Positions 10,750 to 25,000 are shown, numbered from the stretch's first letter. The stretch is 64,000 bases of DNA from Magallana gigas (GCF_963853765.1 NC_088857.1:48360001-48424000); one strand, 5' to 3'. Made by a program: numbers and translations. The notes: a model not told the origin generated them from the letters alone.

Positions 10750-13488
10750 ACACTTTAATTAGGTAATAAAACTACGTTTCTTTTGGCAGAGTCAGTTTTG
10801 CAAGCTATTTTCTACGATCTTGGTTTGCTGTTACTATTTCTTTGTCAACACCGACTACTGGGTTACTTGAAGAACAAGAGCAAAGTGGACATCACACCAA
10901 TATATGGACCAATACACATTATTACTTCATCACTGGCTCTTATGGTAAGTTCTTAACATTAAATTATGTGAGTGATTTTTTCTTTCAAAAGGAATTTGAC
11001 ACAGAAAGAAATTTTGGACATTCTAAGTTAATATTCTAATGTTTTGCAAATGAATGTTCATGAATTGTAACTAAGGATGTCAAATTCTTACCATGTTCAT
11101 AGTAGACGATCTATTGACTGATTCGAAAGAGCAAGATATATATATTGTGCAAACACTTCCAAATTTGAACATTCATTTGGTAACAAACCCAGAAAGAGAA
11201 ACCCTCCCCCTAAAAACTAAAAAATCAAAACTTTAGGAATAAACACATGTACTAGAATAGGAGGAATGATAATGAGTAGGCTTAAACCCATCTTCCCAAA
11301 TCAAGGTCTTTTGATCTGCTCAGCTTCTTACAAATGTAGAGCGGATCGGATCAGAAACTCTTGACTTGGGAAGATGGCTCGAACCCAAGACCCTTCACTT
11401 TAAGAACCAATGCTCTACTGACTAAACTAGAAGGTTAATCTACAAGCTAGAGCTAACAGATGAAGTAAATAATTTTTGACTCTCCCCAGCAAATGAAAAG
11501 TTTTTTTTGGACAACTTTATAATTTGTCTTTTCCAGAGGTGAAAACTTTCCATTTAATTTTTCCAGCCAATGATATTCTGATGTTTGACTTTTCCAGCTC
11601 TTAACTTTTGCAAAGATAAATGACTTTTCCGTTTGACTTTTCCAAGTAGTAATGACATTTCGATTCGATTTTACAGCTGATGATGACTCACTGGACCCCG
11701 ATTCCTACAGTGACGGTCTGGTTCTGGGATGTGTCCGCCTACCCTTTACTGGTTCTCTTTCTTCAACTTGTCTACATGTTTGCTTGGGCCATGGTCATCC
11801 TAGAAAATATGGTTTACATATTACAGACACATGGATTTCAAATCAGTCAGGTATCTTTATTGTTTCAACTCCACTTACTCAAATACCAGTGCTAAAACTT
11901 ATTATACAGGAAAACTTAATTATTTAACGTAGCTCGCGGGTTTGCTGACGTCACAATAGGATTCGACGAAAAGAGTTGACCGTCATAACAAACTCACACA
12001 ATTCTTTTAGAAATAACAAATGATCTTTAAAAACATAAAATGAAATATTTTAAAAAGCTAAATTGGAGTTTATAGAAAACATTTATAATTATCAAGTGCT
12101 AAAAATTTAAAGATGACATACATTGTCGCATTGAGTTCTATAAGGTATGAGTGTGCGTTGGAACTCTTTAATTTGTTGTTTAGACAAGTACATTGTAAAT
12201 AAATTGAACCGTATGCATTAACTTCCCTCGTTTCACAATTATGAATTCTGTATTTTCAAATACCGATCTAACTATTAAAATCATTTTAGCTTTAGCTAGT
12301 TATCGTAATTATGCGATTACAAACTTTTTTATATGTCAATACGTGTATGGTAATTATTTTTGCATTGAATGCATGACTGATTCATTGAAAGGATAAGTAG
12401 CCATGTTTCTTCTCTTCACAACCTTACATTAATTTCCTTCATGCATTCGAAAACATTCATTATAATGTTAATTAGATTTGCATGTTCTAATATGTGTAAA
12501 TCAGCTAGTCTGGTCAACCAGCGCATTTTCATATTTGGTTCTCAGACGAAAATAAATTGATAACGTCGGGCTAACGTCGTGATAAGAATATTAATAGGAT
12601 TTTGTGAAATCTTTTAAATCTTTAAAGTTGTTTTACGAAAAATTGGCCGAGAACACATATTGATTTTTTTCTATGAATTGATTCAAAATAATCTCTTCTG
12701 TTATTGTGTTGAGTAAAATTAAGTTCGTCTAGATCGTTTAAAAGTTTGAAGCATAGTTTTGAAATGCGGTTTTCGACTAAGATATGCATTTTACTATATA
12801 TTTCATTGAAATGGCGTTGCTTGATTTAATCAGCGACACTGTGTTTGAATCACGATAAAATTATTACTACGCGGACGAATCTCAAATAATTTTTAGAAAT
12901 AAATCATTGAAACCTATCGATCACGCGGACAAATTGTCAGGGTAGGTTTTCTCGCAAGCAGTAAACCCGCGAGCTACCTTAAGGTCCAACAGCTGCATGT
13001 GCAGTGTATATACAAAGTACTTACCAATATTGACTCTAGTAAGACCTTTTTTTATATCATAATATCATTTCTAAATTAAACCACATTTGAACTAACTTAG
13101 CTGCAGGTCTCTTCCTCTACTTAAAAGATCAGCTTGTCAATCCAAATTTCCCTGTAGAGCTACAGCTCTGCAGCTAAATCTTACTATTCATTAAATACCA
13201 ATAAATATGAAATTTATCTTAATTCTTCACTGACAGTTGTTTACCCTGAGGAGGAATGTCCAGTCACCAGCATCATCAGGCCTGTGGAACTTGTTCCCCC
13301 ACCCAGGCCTCATCTTCTTCACGGTCATCCTGTGGGTGACCCCGACCTTGACCTTAGACAGATGGCTCCTGGCCACAGTGCTGTCTTGGTACATTTACGT
13401 CCCACGGCGAGTAACTCGGGAAGACTACAAGTACTTCTGTAAATGTTACAGTTATGTGGAATATGAGGAGCAGCAGGTGTCATACTGA
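10557..13488 (+). CDS. NRM: Nurim (inner nuclear membrane protein) homolog, 238 aa, 4 exons
   Basis: Exons 10557-10692, 10790-10944, 11677-11850, 13237-13488 (717 nt, phases compatible). Motifs DLGLLLLFLCQH, LALMLMMTHWTPIP, HP..F.VILWVTPTLTLDRWLLA align with human nurim DLGLLLLFVGQH, LALQLVMRYWEPIP, HP..TVLWVVPTLGTDRLLLA. Confidence 0.9.
10708..10748. repeat. (CT)n microsatellite filling much of the 97-nt nurim intron 1
   Basis: Visible CT run. Confidence 0.97.
11288..11377. mobile_element. 90-bp hairpin MITE
   Basis: CCATCTTCCCAAATCAAG ... CTTGACTTGGGAAGATGG (18-bp IR, 1 mismatch); related truncated copy at 63890-63944. Confidence 0.7.
11376..11429 (-). mobile_element. tRNA-derived SINE head (degenerate)
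   Basis: Minus strand reads TAGTTTAGTCAGTAGAGC (A-box-like)...GGTTCGAGCC (B-box); no intact cloverleaf. Confidence 0.55.
11928..12978. mobile_element. ~1.05-kb TTAA-TSD non-autonomous element (Kolobok-like) in nurim intron 3
   Basis: TTAA|CGTAGCTCGCGGGTTTGCTG ... CAGTAAACCCGCGAGCTACC|TTAA. Confidence 0.85.
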
Positions 13489-16081
13489 TGAGACATGCAC
13501 ATTGTCACTGGATTTTTCTTGATCACTACTGCAGCTTAACTGATATGATGTGTTCTGCTATATATTAAGTATTGTCACAATTAAGGAATATTTTGTGATG
13601 TCCATATATTAAGAGGTAATAGTTTTATCAGTTTGATATTATAAATGAATGTGTTCATATAATGATGTTTTTTTTTCCTTTAACAAATATTCAGTTATAC
13701 GTTGGTATTTTTGATCATGTTGGTGTTGTCAGAATATATATTAACTCTGTTTTATATGGTATATGTAAATTCATTAAAATGCATCAAAAACAAGTCTTTT
13801 TATGTAATGAAAATGAAATTTATTGATGTCTGTTTGATTGTTATAAAAAATTTTTTTTAAAAGTTTCTTCAAATATCTCTATATAAAAACAGGTTTTCTG
13901 GTGCTGAACCACTGAAAACACAAAGATAAAAAAGAGGTGATGTACAATAACTGGTGTACACTTACTAAAATATTTCAGGAAACCTGATGAAAAGCACCTT
14001 TTATAGTTTTGACATTAAATTCATTGCATGAAAAGATATATTACATGTATCTTTTTAAACACAGGGTACTGACAATATAAAAGGTAAAATACAGTATGAG
14101 AATTGCATTTCCTCAGTCAAATGTTTACAAGTGTTGGATAATTAATGTGCTGATGTTATTTCCAAAATTAATATACCAGTACATGATGAATACAATGAGT
14201 TAAAAATAGTGATAAAGTTAGTTTCTAAATCTACCAAGTTTTTTTTTTTTTTACATTAAATACAATGAGGGAGAAAAGAGTCCAATGTTATAATATATTC
14301 AGTTAAGTTTAATGTATTAAAAATCTGAATTCTTTCATCTTCAAAGTTTGAATCATGATGATAAACAAATATTCTTGTTGTTGACTGAAAGTGGAAAATA
14401 ATTTGAAGGTGTATATCAAATGGTTGTAGTTGCAAGCATTAGTGTCTATAATCATTTAAGTAAAATTGATACTTTCGATTCAAGTGCATGAAACTAATTG
14501 AATTAAGCACAAAAAATAGCACCAAATACACAGCAATTGATCTCCATAAAAACACACAAAGGTTTTTCTGCTAAATGCAGCTTTATAAAAACCCAAAAGA
14601 AACATTACACAGACTATAAACACAAATGTACGCCAGGTACTAAGTAATAAATTAAAGTCAGCATATACAAAGTACATACAATGTGTACATAAAATAACAA
14701 ACATCACACACCAGTAGATGAAACTTACTTAAGCCCCCTGAAGTCCAGCTAGTGCTACCTAGGAAAAACTAATATCCTTGGGGTGGGACTTCTTTTGGAT
14801 AGGTGCCACTTGGTCAATGACCTCGGACCCACCCCCCCCCCCCCCCCCCCACCCCCTTCTGAACTTCCTTATTGTTGGATTAACAATGCTGTTAATGTCA
14901 AATCAAATTAAACAACATCTACAGGTACACTGGTCAAACATAATTCTATGAACTGTCAAAAGTGATGGAAACAACTAAAATTAAATCTGGTACATACCGG
15001 TATCTGGAAAAAAATTGATGTGAGTATATCTTACCTACTATCTAAAAAATACATGTAAATTGTCTCTCCACAGGTAAGCCATCAAAGAAATAGGTAAAAG
15101 TATGCATTGTCATGTTGGCTCATGCATACAATAAAAGTCATTCAAAAGAGGGCATAAAAAGGGGAACGAAAATAAACCTAATCATTGCCAATGACTAGGT
15201 CCTAGTCCATGGATTTCAAAATGAACACTATGATACAATGGAAAAGTGGGATCATTGTAAGATTAGGATACTCTTGAGTAAAAAATCACAAATCTGATCC
15301 CATTCATACTGTAAAATATCTCAAATAACTAAACCAGGTCCAAAAGTACATGTAATGGGAAAGTCAACATTGCTTGTACATACCATACCAGCTAAAAACA
15401 CGATGAAAAAAACGTTAGCTGGTGTTTATTTCTCTATGTTGTCTGAAATTCTGGTGTGAATTTCCATATAAATCAATATGATTGTTAATCAAAATAGTTC
15501 AGTCTAGCAAGTTTAATTTTCTGTTACTGTATAAATGTCAAATTGACACATCTAAAAGGTGACATTGAGTAAAATATCAAAAAAGAAATAGCATTACAAA
15601 TTGACAAAGCATTTGTTCAACCTTTAGTATAAAAAATCATTTGTAAATGACCTCAAAAGAGATGTAAGAAAGTTCTATAAGGTACAATAGTAATATCAAA
15701 CTTATCAAAATAGGTATTGCATATGCAACTACAAAAGACAGAATGATTATAAAAGACAAGAAAAACAGCACAAAAATTCATAGAAATAAATAGTTACAAG
15801 AAAGACTACTGAAAAAATCAATAATCAGAGCTTGGTATCTACCCAGAACAAGAAAAGATCAACAGAAAAGTCTCCCTACATCAAAGGGATAAAAAACAAA
15901 GTATCCACATGATTTCACAAAAATAAATTACTAGTACCCCATCTATCCCTTACCACTTAGTAGATTTTTGTCTATTTTTAGGGGAAGTATATAAGAAAAA
16001 TTCCATATTCTGGATCTCTTCAATGTAGATTTTTGTTAAAGGACAAGTTGGTTAGAATATAATTGCATATTCTTGATAACT

Positions 16082-19000
16082 TCAGTAAAACTTCACGGCA
16101 CTGAGGGCGTGGTCAAGGCTTTCCTTGCTGGGTAGTGCTGGATACAGGGCGGTGGGGCAGGGAGGGGTCAGACTGACCTGTGGGACAGACTCTACACTCG
16201 GACTGACTTGTGGGACAGACTCTACACTTGGACTGACCTGTGGGACAGACTTTACACGCGGACTGACATGTGGGACAGACTCTACATGACTTGATTTATC
16301 CTGCCACTGTGGGTGCGGTTCTTTTATCGGGGAGTATGGGGGTGGATCATCAGTTTCCTCATCTGTCATAATGTAAACATGCAGATGTACAACAAGAAGT
16401 ATTATTAAACATTGAAACATCAAGCACTCTACATTATTATCCAAATTTTATACAACAAACACATGCCTGTACTTGTGTGTATACTTTTACAGGCAATACA
16501 TATAATATCCCAATAGATTTTCTGAGGTTTGACACTTCCCATCTTTTATCAAAGTTGCATATTAAATGCATTAATTTGAAATGCAGATTAGAATGCTTGT
16601 TATGATTGATCAACATGTACAAGCAATGCTTTTAAAAGCAGTCTATTTTTCTTTATCATATATTTAAAGCACCATTTTTTCTTATTTGAAACAGAAGATA
16701 ATTCATATCTGTCAAAAAGAAACTTACTTCATGTACTATGTATTATACACTACATATGTTTTATATTTCTGAAGCTACAGTGTAGGAGTATGTCCAGTAC
16801 CCTATTAGATATTGTTTGAAATGTTTATTACGAGACAAGAGCAAACTTAAACCAGTGAAACAGAACTGTTACACCTGAAGATAAATACATGTATTTCGTC
16901 TCACCTTTGTCCTGGCAGTGATAGGTGGGAAACGGTAGAGGAGGGTTGAGTCGGAAGGACTCCCGCCGGTAGCTGTGGAGCTTCTCTTTGGCTTTGTACA
17001 AGTAGTTCTGGGTTTTACTGGATCCTGTGTATACATTTGTACATGAATGAACATGAATAACAATACAACATACATCTAACATCTAAAATATAATCATACA
17101 AAGCGCAGAGACACTTGGAGTTCCAAGACGTCAGAATGAACTTTGATTCAACCAATCGGATGGCAAGTTACGCTTTCCTGCAAGTGATATTGTTGATGTA
17201 AATTTTTAACAATGTTAACATCAGTTAATGACTTTATCTTACATGCAAACAATTTAGTTCATTTGGACATCATGGAACATGACCATCAGTGGGTCTTGTC
17301 AGATCTTTCTGCACTTTGCACTATTTTAGAGATATGTATTTGTATCAGATTGATATCATACATAACATACAGATGAATGTATCATATTGAAACATGCAAT
17401 CCAGTTACCTGTATATTTGACTTCCTCTAACTCTTTTCCATGGACATCTGGAATCTCCATGGCAACATCCTGTAATAAAATAGGAACAATTCTGATTTTA
17501 ATTGAGAAATGTAAAATAAAATGTCATAAAAGCCAACTGTTCATTTTGTATCTACCAAATGGTCATAATTTAAATGTGCTTTGGTACAGTGCTTTTGATC
17601 AAAAAACCATATCCTTTTAAAATTAAACATTTATCCTTTCTATTACATATTCTCCATGTCAGAATATTTACCTGGCTCGCACACGCCTGACATGAAAATT
17701 ATTTCCCTTTTGTAATAAGATTATTCACTGTACTAATATTCAGGGAACCCTTTAGCGTTAGGATACATATTATTTCAGTATTTACCTTTTGAGCCTGAAA
17801 CACAGTGGAACACTTCTTGCCCAGTTCTACATAGGCCTCAGCAATTCGCACAAACCCTTCTTTTAGCCGTATCATCTTGACAGCTTCATTTTCCCGAATT
17901 CTCTCAGTGACTGCAATACAAAAATTTCAAATTTCTTTTTTCCTTACAACTACCAGTAACTTTAGAACAAGTGTAAACAAGATTTATTTTTTTTTTTTAA
18001 AAGAGAATCTAACACACTTATCCATTATATCACAAAGCAAGAGGCACATGGTTGTCACAAAAAATTTGGTAATTGGGGAATAATATTTTTTTTTCACATG
18101 TTTATTTTATAACTATGTCTAGCTCTCAATCTCATGGACATTGAATAACTGAAGTCTTATTAAACAAAAATACATGTACACTGGTAGCTGGACTGTGCTA
18201 TATTCTCATAAAGGTTAATCCTTGTTGTTTAGTGTCCCTCCCTGTTGTTTAGTGACACTCCCTGTTGATTAGTGTCCCTCCCTGCTGTTTAGTATCCCTC
18301 CCTTTTGTTAAGTGACACTCCCTGTTGTTAAGTGACCATCCCTGTTGTTAAGTGACCCTCCCTGTTGTTTTGTGACCCTCCCTGTTATTAAGTGAAGTGA
18401 CCCTCCCTGTTGTGAAGTGTCCCTCCCTGTTGTTTAGTGACACTCCCTGTTGATAAGTGTCCCTCCCTGTTGTTAAGTGACACTCCCTGTTGTTTAGTGA
18501 CACTCCCTGTTGATTAGTGTCCCTCCCTGTTGTTAAGTGACACTCCCTGTTGTGAAGTAACCCTTCCTGTTGTTTAGTGTCCCTCCCTGTTGTTAAGTGA
18601 CACTCCCTGTTGTGAAGTGACCTTGTCTGTTGTTTAGTGACCCTCCCTGTTGTTAAGTGACCTTCCCTGTTGTTTAGTGACCCTCCCTGTTGATAAGTGA
18701 TTCTCCCTGTTGTTAAGTGACACTCCCTGTTGATAAGTGATCCTCCCTGTTGTTAAGTGACCCTCCTTGTTGTTTAGTGTCCCTCCCTGTTGTTAAATGA
18801 CCCTCATTGTTGTTTAGTGTCCCTCGCTGTTGCTTAGTGTCCCTCCCTGTTGTTTAGTCACCCTCCCTGTTGTTTAGTGACCCTCCCTGTTGATAAGTGA
18901 TCCTCCCTGTTGTTAAGTGACCCTCCCTGTTGATAAGTGACCCTCCCTGTTGATAAGTGACCCTCCCTGTTGTTAAGTGACCCTCCTTGATGTTTAGTGT

Positions 19001-22000
19001 CCCTCCCTGTTGTTAAGTGACCCTCACTGTTGTTAAGTGTCCCTCCCTGTTGTTTAGTGTCCCTCCCTGTTGTTTAGTGTACCTCCCTGTTGTTTAGTGA
19101 CCCTCTCTGTTGTTTAGTGTCCCTCCCTGTTGTTAAGTAACCCTCCCTGTTGTTTAGTGTCCCTCCCTGTTGTTTAGTGACCCTCCCTGTTGTTAAGTGA
19201 CCCTCCCTGTTGTTAAGTGACCCTCCCTGTTGTTAAGTGACCCTCCCTGTTGATAAGTGACCTTCCCTGTTGTTGAGTGTCCCTCCCTGTTGTTTAGTGA
19301 CCCTCCCTGTTGTTTAGTGACCCTCCCTGTTGATAAGTGATCCTCACTGTTGTTAAGTTACCCTCCCTGTTGATAAGTGACCCTCCCTGTTGTTAAGTGA
19401 CCCTCCTTGTTGTTTAGTGTCCCTCCCTGTTGTTAAGTGACCCTCACTGTTGTTAAGTGTCCCTCCCTGTTGTTTAGTGACACTCCCTGTTGATTAGTGT
19501 CCCTCCCTGTTGTTAAGTGACACTCCCTGATGCTTAGTGACACTCCCTGTTGATTAGTGTCCCTCCCTGTTGTTAAGTGTCCCTCCCTGTTGTGAAGTAA
19601 CCCTTCCTGTTGTTTAGTGTCCCTCCCTGTTGTTAAGTGACACTCCATGTTGTGAAGTGACCCTGTCTGTTGTTTAGTGACCCTCCCTGTTGTTAAGTGA
19701 CCTTCCCTGTTGTTTAGTGACCCTCCCTGTTGATAAGTGATTCTCCCTGTTGTTAAGTGACACTCCCTGTTGATTAGTGTCCCTCCCTGTTGTTAAGTGA
19801 CACTCCCTGATGCTTAGTGACACTCCCTGTTGATTAGTGTCCCTCCCTGTTGTTAAGTGTCCCTCCCTGTTGTGAAGTAACCCTTCCTGTTGTTTAGTGT
19901 CCCTCCCTGTTGTTAAGTGACACTCCATGTTGTGAAGTGACCCTGTCTGTTGTTTAGTGACCCTCCCTGTTGTTAAGTGACCTTCCCTGTTGTTTAGTGA
20001 CCCTCCCTGTTGATAAGTGATTCTCCCTGTTGTTAAGTAACCCTTCCTGTTGTTTAGTGTCCCTCCCTGTTGTTAAGTGACACTCCATGTTGTGAAGTGA
20101 CCCTGTCTGTTGTTTAGTGACCCTCCCTGTTGTTAAGTGACCTTCCCTGTTGTTTAGTGACCCTCCCTGTTGATAAGTGATTCTCCCTGTTGTTAAGTGA
20201 CACTCCCTGTTGTTAAGTGACCTTCCCTGTTGTTTAGTGACCCTCCCTGTTGATAAGTGATTCTCCCTGTTGTGAAGTAACCCTTCCTGTTGTTTAGTGA
20301 CCTTCCCTGTTGTTTAGTGTCCCTCCCTGTTGTTTAGTGACCCTCCCTGTTGTTTAGTGACCCTCCCTGTTGTTTAGTAACCCTCCCTGTTGATAAGTGA
20401 TCCTCCCTGTTGTTAAGTGACCCTCCCTGTTGATAAGTGACCCTCCCTGTTGTTAAGTGACCCTCCTTGTTGTTTAGTGTCCCTCCCTGTTGTTAAGTGA
20501 CCCTCGCTGTTGTTAAGTGTCCCTCCCTGTTGTTTAGTGACCTTCCCTGTTGATTAGTGTCCCTCCCTGTTGTTTAGTGACCCTCCCTGTTGTTTAGTGA
20601 CCCTCCCTGTTGATAAGTGATCCTCCCTGTTGTTAAGTGACCCTCCCTGTTGATAAGTGACCCTCCCTGTTGTTAAATGACCCTCATTGTTGTTTAGTGT
20701 CCCTCCCTGTTGTTTAGTGACCCTCCCTGTTGTTAAGTGACAATCCCTGATGTTTAGTGACCCTCCCTGTTTATAAGTGATTCTCCCTGTTGTTAAGTGA
20801 CCCTCCCTGTTGATAAGTGATCCTCCCTGTTGTTAAGTGACCCTCCTTGTTGTTTAGTGTCCCTCCCTGTTGTTAAATGACCCTCATTGTTGTTTAGTGT
20901 CCCTCCCTGTTGTTTAGTGTCCCTCCCTGTTGTTTAGTGACCCTCCCTGTTGTTTAGTGACCCTCCCTGTTGATGAGTGATCCTCCCTGTTGTTAAGTGA
21001 CCCTCCCTGTTGATAAGTGACCCTCCCTGTTGTTAAGTGACCCTCCTTGTTGTTTAGTGTCCCTCCCTGTTGTTAAGTGACCCTCCCTGTTGTTAAGTGT
21101 CCCTCCCTGTTGTTTAGTGTCCCTCCCTGTTGTTTAGTGTCCCTCCCTGTTGTTTAGTGACCCTCCCTGTTGTTTAGTGTCCCTCCCTGTTGTTAAGTAA
21201 CCCTCCCTGTTGTTTAGTGACCCTCCCTGTTGTTAAGTGACCCTCCCTGTTGTTTAGTGACCCTCCCTGTTGTTAAGTGACCCTCCCTGTTGTTTAGTGA
21301 CCCTCCCTGTTGATTAGTGACCTTCCCTGTTGTTTAGTGTCCCTCCCTGTTGTTTAGTGTCCATCCCTGTTGTTTAGTGTCCCTCCCTGTTGTTAAGTGA
21401 CCATCCCTGTTGTTTACTGACTCTCCCTGTTGTTTAGTGACCCTCCCTGTTGTTTAGTGACCCTCCCCCTTCCAAACCTCACCTTCAATTTCAGCTTTCT
21501 CTCTTTCCATCTGAGCTTCATGTAATTTGGATTCCAGATTTCTTAAATCAGCTTCATTACTTCTCTGAAATTTGTTAGTAAGGTCAAAAAATTAACACTG
21601 CAAAAACAGTCATTGGTCTTTTAATCATATAACCAAGCACAAAAAGCAATCAATACATTCATCTTCAGAACAATTTCCTACCTACAATGTTATTCAAGTA
21701 CAATTCTCTGTGATACATACATAAAATAGTACATTTATGTACCGGTACATGTAAAAGACAGAAATTTAATATCGCTGATTATTTACAGTTGTTGAAGGTT
21801 TGGTGTGAAATTTATTTCTAATAAGTAATAAGAATGGTATCTGCTAGTGGTATTCATGCAACATGGCTTAAAATATAAAGAGTCTCCACACTATCACATC
21901 TTCACATTATTGAAGATCACTGGTCTACATTTGAGACAATAATTACTAAATAATGCATGTCTGTAAAAGAACATGCATATTCATTCATGCCAAATTCAAG

Positions 22001-25000
22001 GATAAACTGTTATTTATCTGAACATGCTTGGTGTTAGTCCAGAAGTCAATTTGAAATAAGAAAGAACTCGTAAATGCAGATATTATTTCAACAATAAACT
22101 TCATTAATAAAAAAAAATTGATTATTTAGCCCATAGCAACCAGCTTCAAATGGGCCATGAGATTCTGAATTCTTTGAACATGAAATCACTGAGGAAAGAG
22201 TGAAATAACAGAAATATTGAAGTGATGGTTTAAAGGAAAATAACTCTAAGAAAACACAACATCAGACATACTTTACCACTTCCACAAAACATAATGAATT
22301 TGGGTTTAAACACAGACTGTAATTACATGTAATCAATGTAAAACACATACTGTAATTACATGTCATCAATGTAAAACATAGACTGTAATTACATGTAATC
22401 AATGGTTATAGATAAGTTAGTGGTTTTAATGCTATTGGGTATTTTTTCTACTCCTTGTCAATCATAATCAAATAATAACAAGTACAGTGACACATGTTCT
22501 ACTAAGATAAAAGAATATTTTTTTATTCATGTATTTTGATATGATTTATCTCATGCTTTATCTATCTTCAGAACTGATGACTAAAAATGCTCCCACTCAT
22601 TTTTGAGATAGTGAAAATTTAATATCACAGAGTCTGCTGAATGTAATACTGACCTTTTCTGCCTTCCTGAGGTCCTTTCTCAGCTTGGTTTCTTTCTGCT
22701 CATAGTTATTCTGAAGAATGAGATTCCGTTAACTTTTCTACTTAATGATCATTTTATTTATCATAACCTGACATGTATACTACAGTAAACTGTAGTCTTG
22801 ACATTTAAATAGGTATTTACAGTACTATTTTCATTGACAGTTTTTGTAATCACTTTGCCCTGTGTAGTGTATCTTGGTGAATTGCAAATAAATATTATTA
22901 GTGTACAGTTATAACCTAGATCCTTTAAAAACTTGTAGCCTGCACAACTGCATACTACATGTTTTTCTAATAAATTCATTCATGACAAAAAACTACAAGC
23001 TACAAACAATATTGATGCCCATGTTATTTATATGTACCAGTATACTTACCAGGTTATCTTTGGCCTGTAATACATGTTTTTCTCCCTCCAGCACCATCTC
23101 ATACATTTGCTTATACTCCTTCAGATGTCCTTAAAATAAAAAGAAAGAATGATAAAAAAAAAAAAAAAAAGGATTACACTAGTATTCATAAAACATTCTC
23201 ACTTCTCCCTCTTATACTTTAATTAACTTGTACAAGGAGAACACTGTGTTGAAGATCAAATGACGAAGTGTGTGTCACTTGACATGCTCAAATTTGTATA
23301 TATATGCTACTATGAATTTAAGGTCAGACACAAATAAATACTAGTAAATACTTTGTATTGGTAATTAAATGAAGAGGAATCAATTATTTTGCATAAAATT
23401 ATGAGAAGCAAACCCTGTGAACTTTAAACATTACTTTGAAAAGCGCACTACCTGTGAATCTAGTCATATAATTTCATTCAATGATTAAAGTAGCATATGC
23501 CTGACTATTCGGTAGTACAGTAAAACTCATTTAGTACGAACACGGATATTGCGAATTTACGGTTATAGCAAAGTCATCTTAGATCCCCAGCTATGTAAAT
23601 TTAATGAATTTCTTATAAGGTTATAACGAATTACGGATATAACAGAGTAATTTCTTAGGTCCCAGTGACTTCGTTATAACCGAGTTTTGCTGTATATTAC
23701 CATTTACCGGTACATGTTTTTCTTATTCAATACCAACCAATAAAATCTTTCTGTACATCTGTCCACAAAAGGTTTAACTCTGCAATGTGGTTGGCTACAT
23801 CCTACAAGGTAATAATAAAATAACTGTAATTCTCTACAATAATCTTTCATAAAAATATTATTAAGTCAAACTCTTATGAAGTGTAATAGTGCTTGCTCTT
23901 AGAAGCATGGCAGTACTGAGCCTATTAATTTATACACACTATCCCAGCTTAAATACCAGGGGTACTTACCGAATCATGATAAAAACTGAAATTAAACATG
24001 TGATACATCTACTCTGTTTGAAATGCATGCATATAAATGAATTTAATACGGTACCAATTAGAGCCAACCAAATACCGGAGCAGAACCAACTAAACCCTAG
24101 GTTTACTTTTGGGGTTTACTCTGGGTCTGCTTTTGGAAAATTTGCATTCACTCAACAGGTTTACTTTAGGTCCATCCGGGATTTACTTTGGGTTTGCTTT
24201 TGGCTGAAGTGTGAAGCAGACCCATCTTGTATCTTACCATCTTACTGCCTGTAATTCTTGTCCATTGTATATTCCAAATACACATGTAGCGTCTGCTTTC
24301 AGGGGTACACCTCTGATCGGGGTTTACTCTCAAAATCCACTCTGGATTTACTTTGGTTTTACTCTGGGTCCTCTCTAGTAAAACCGAAGTAAACCCAGAG
24401 TAAACCATGAGAGTAAACCAGGATTTAGTTGGAGTTACCTTTCTGCTAAGTAGGGTATGATCAGTACAGTAGTTTTAAAATTCATTACTCTAAAACATGT
24501 AAAACTAGAATAATTTTATTTAAAAATTCTATTTTTCAAAAAGCTTTGAATATCGAATTTTTTGTTGTTAAAACTGATCAACATAGTCTTATTATGTTAT
24601 CAATTATGTTATTAGTGGAATACTAGTATGTTAACCTGAATGGCCCTGTTTTCTTCATTGGCCGCCCATCGCATCATATCCTGACATGCTACAAGGGAAA
24701 ATTAAGATTTACACTTAATTGTGAAAGTCTTCAAAATCTATCCTATTTGGGTTTATCATGTTTATAAACTTACAACTTTGTATAAGGGTAAAATCAGTGA
24801 GATTCATCGAGACCACAGACGTAATACTAACTATATATAGTCTGTCCCAAGATATTTTTGCAGTACATTTGGACGAATAAAGTATACATACATGTGAAAG
24901 AAGTGCAATTGAAATCAATGAAAAGGGAAAATTTCCAAGATAACTAGATTCACACATTACTAATGCAAAAACAAATCTTTAGTTGTTTAGTATCAGTAAA

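Noticed and set aside
13965-15391. Possible minus-strand micro-exons (3 nt at 15391-15389, 7 nt at 15041-15035, ~18 nt near 13965-13982)
   Set aside because: AG/GT pairs this close arise by chance in AT-rich DNA, and no consistent phase chain could be built.
19433-19928. ORFs with repeated HLTTGRDT peptides
   Set aside because: Translations of the intronic 20-bp minisatellite; the unit is not a multiple of 3 and there is no splice context.
18220-21468. CRISPR-like appearance of tandem arrays (also 5490-6520 and 40605-40975)
   Set aside because: Units are directly adjacent with no unique spacers, no cas genes, and the context is eukaryotic.
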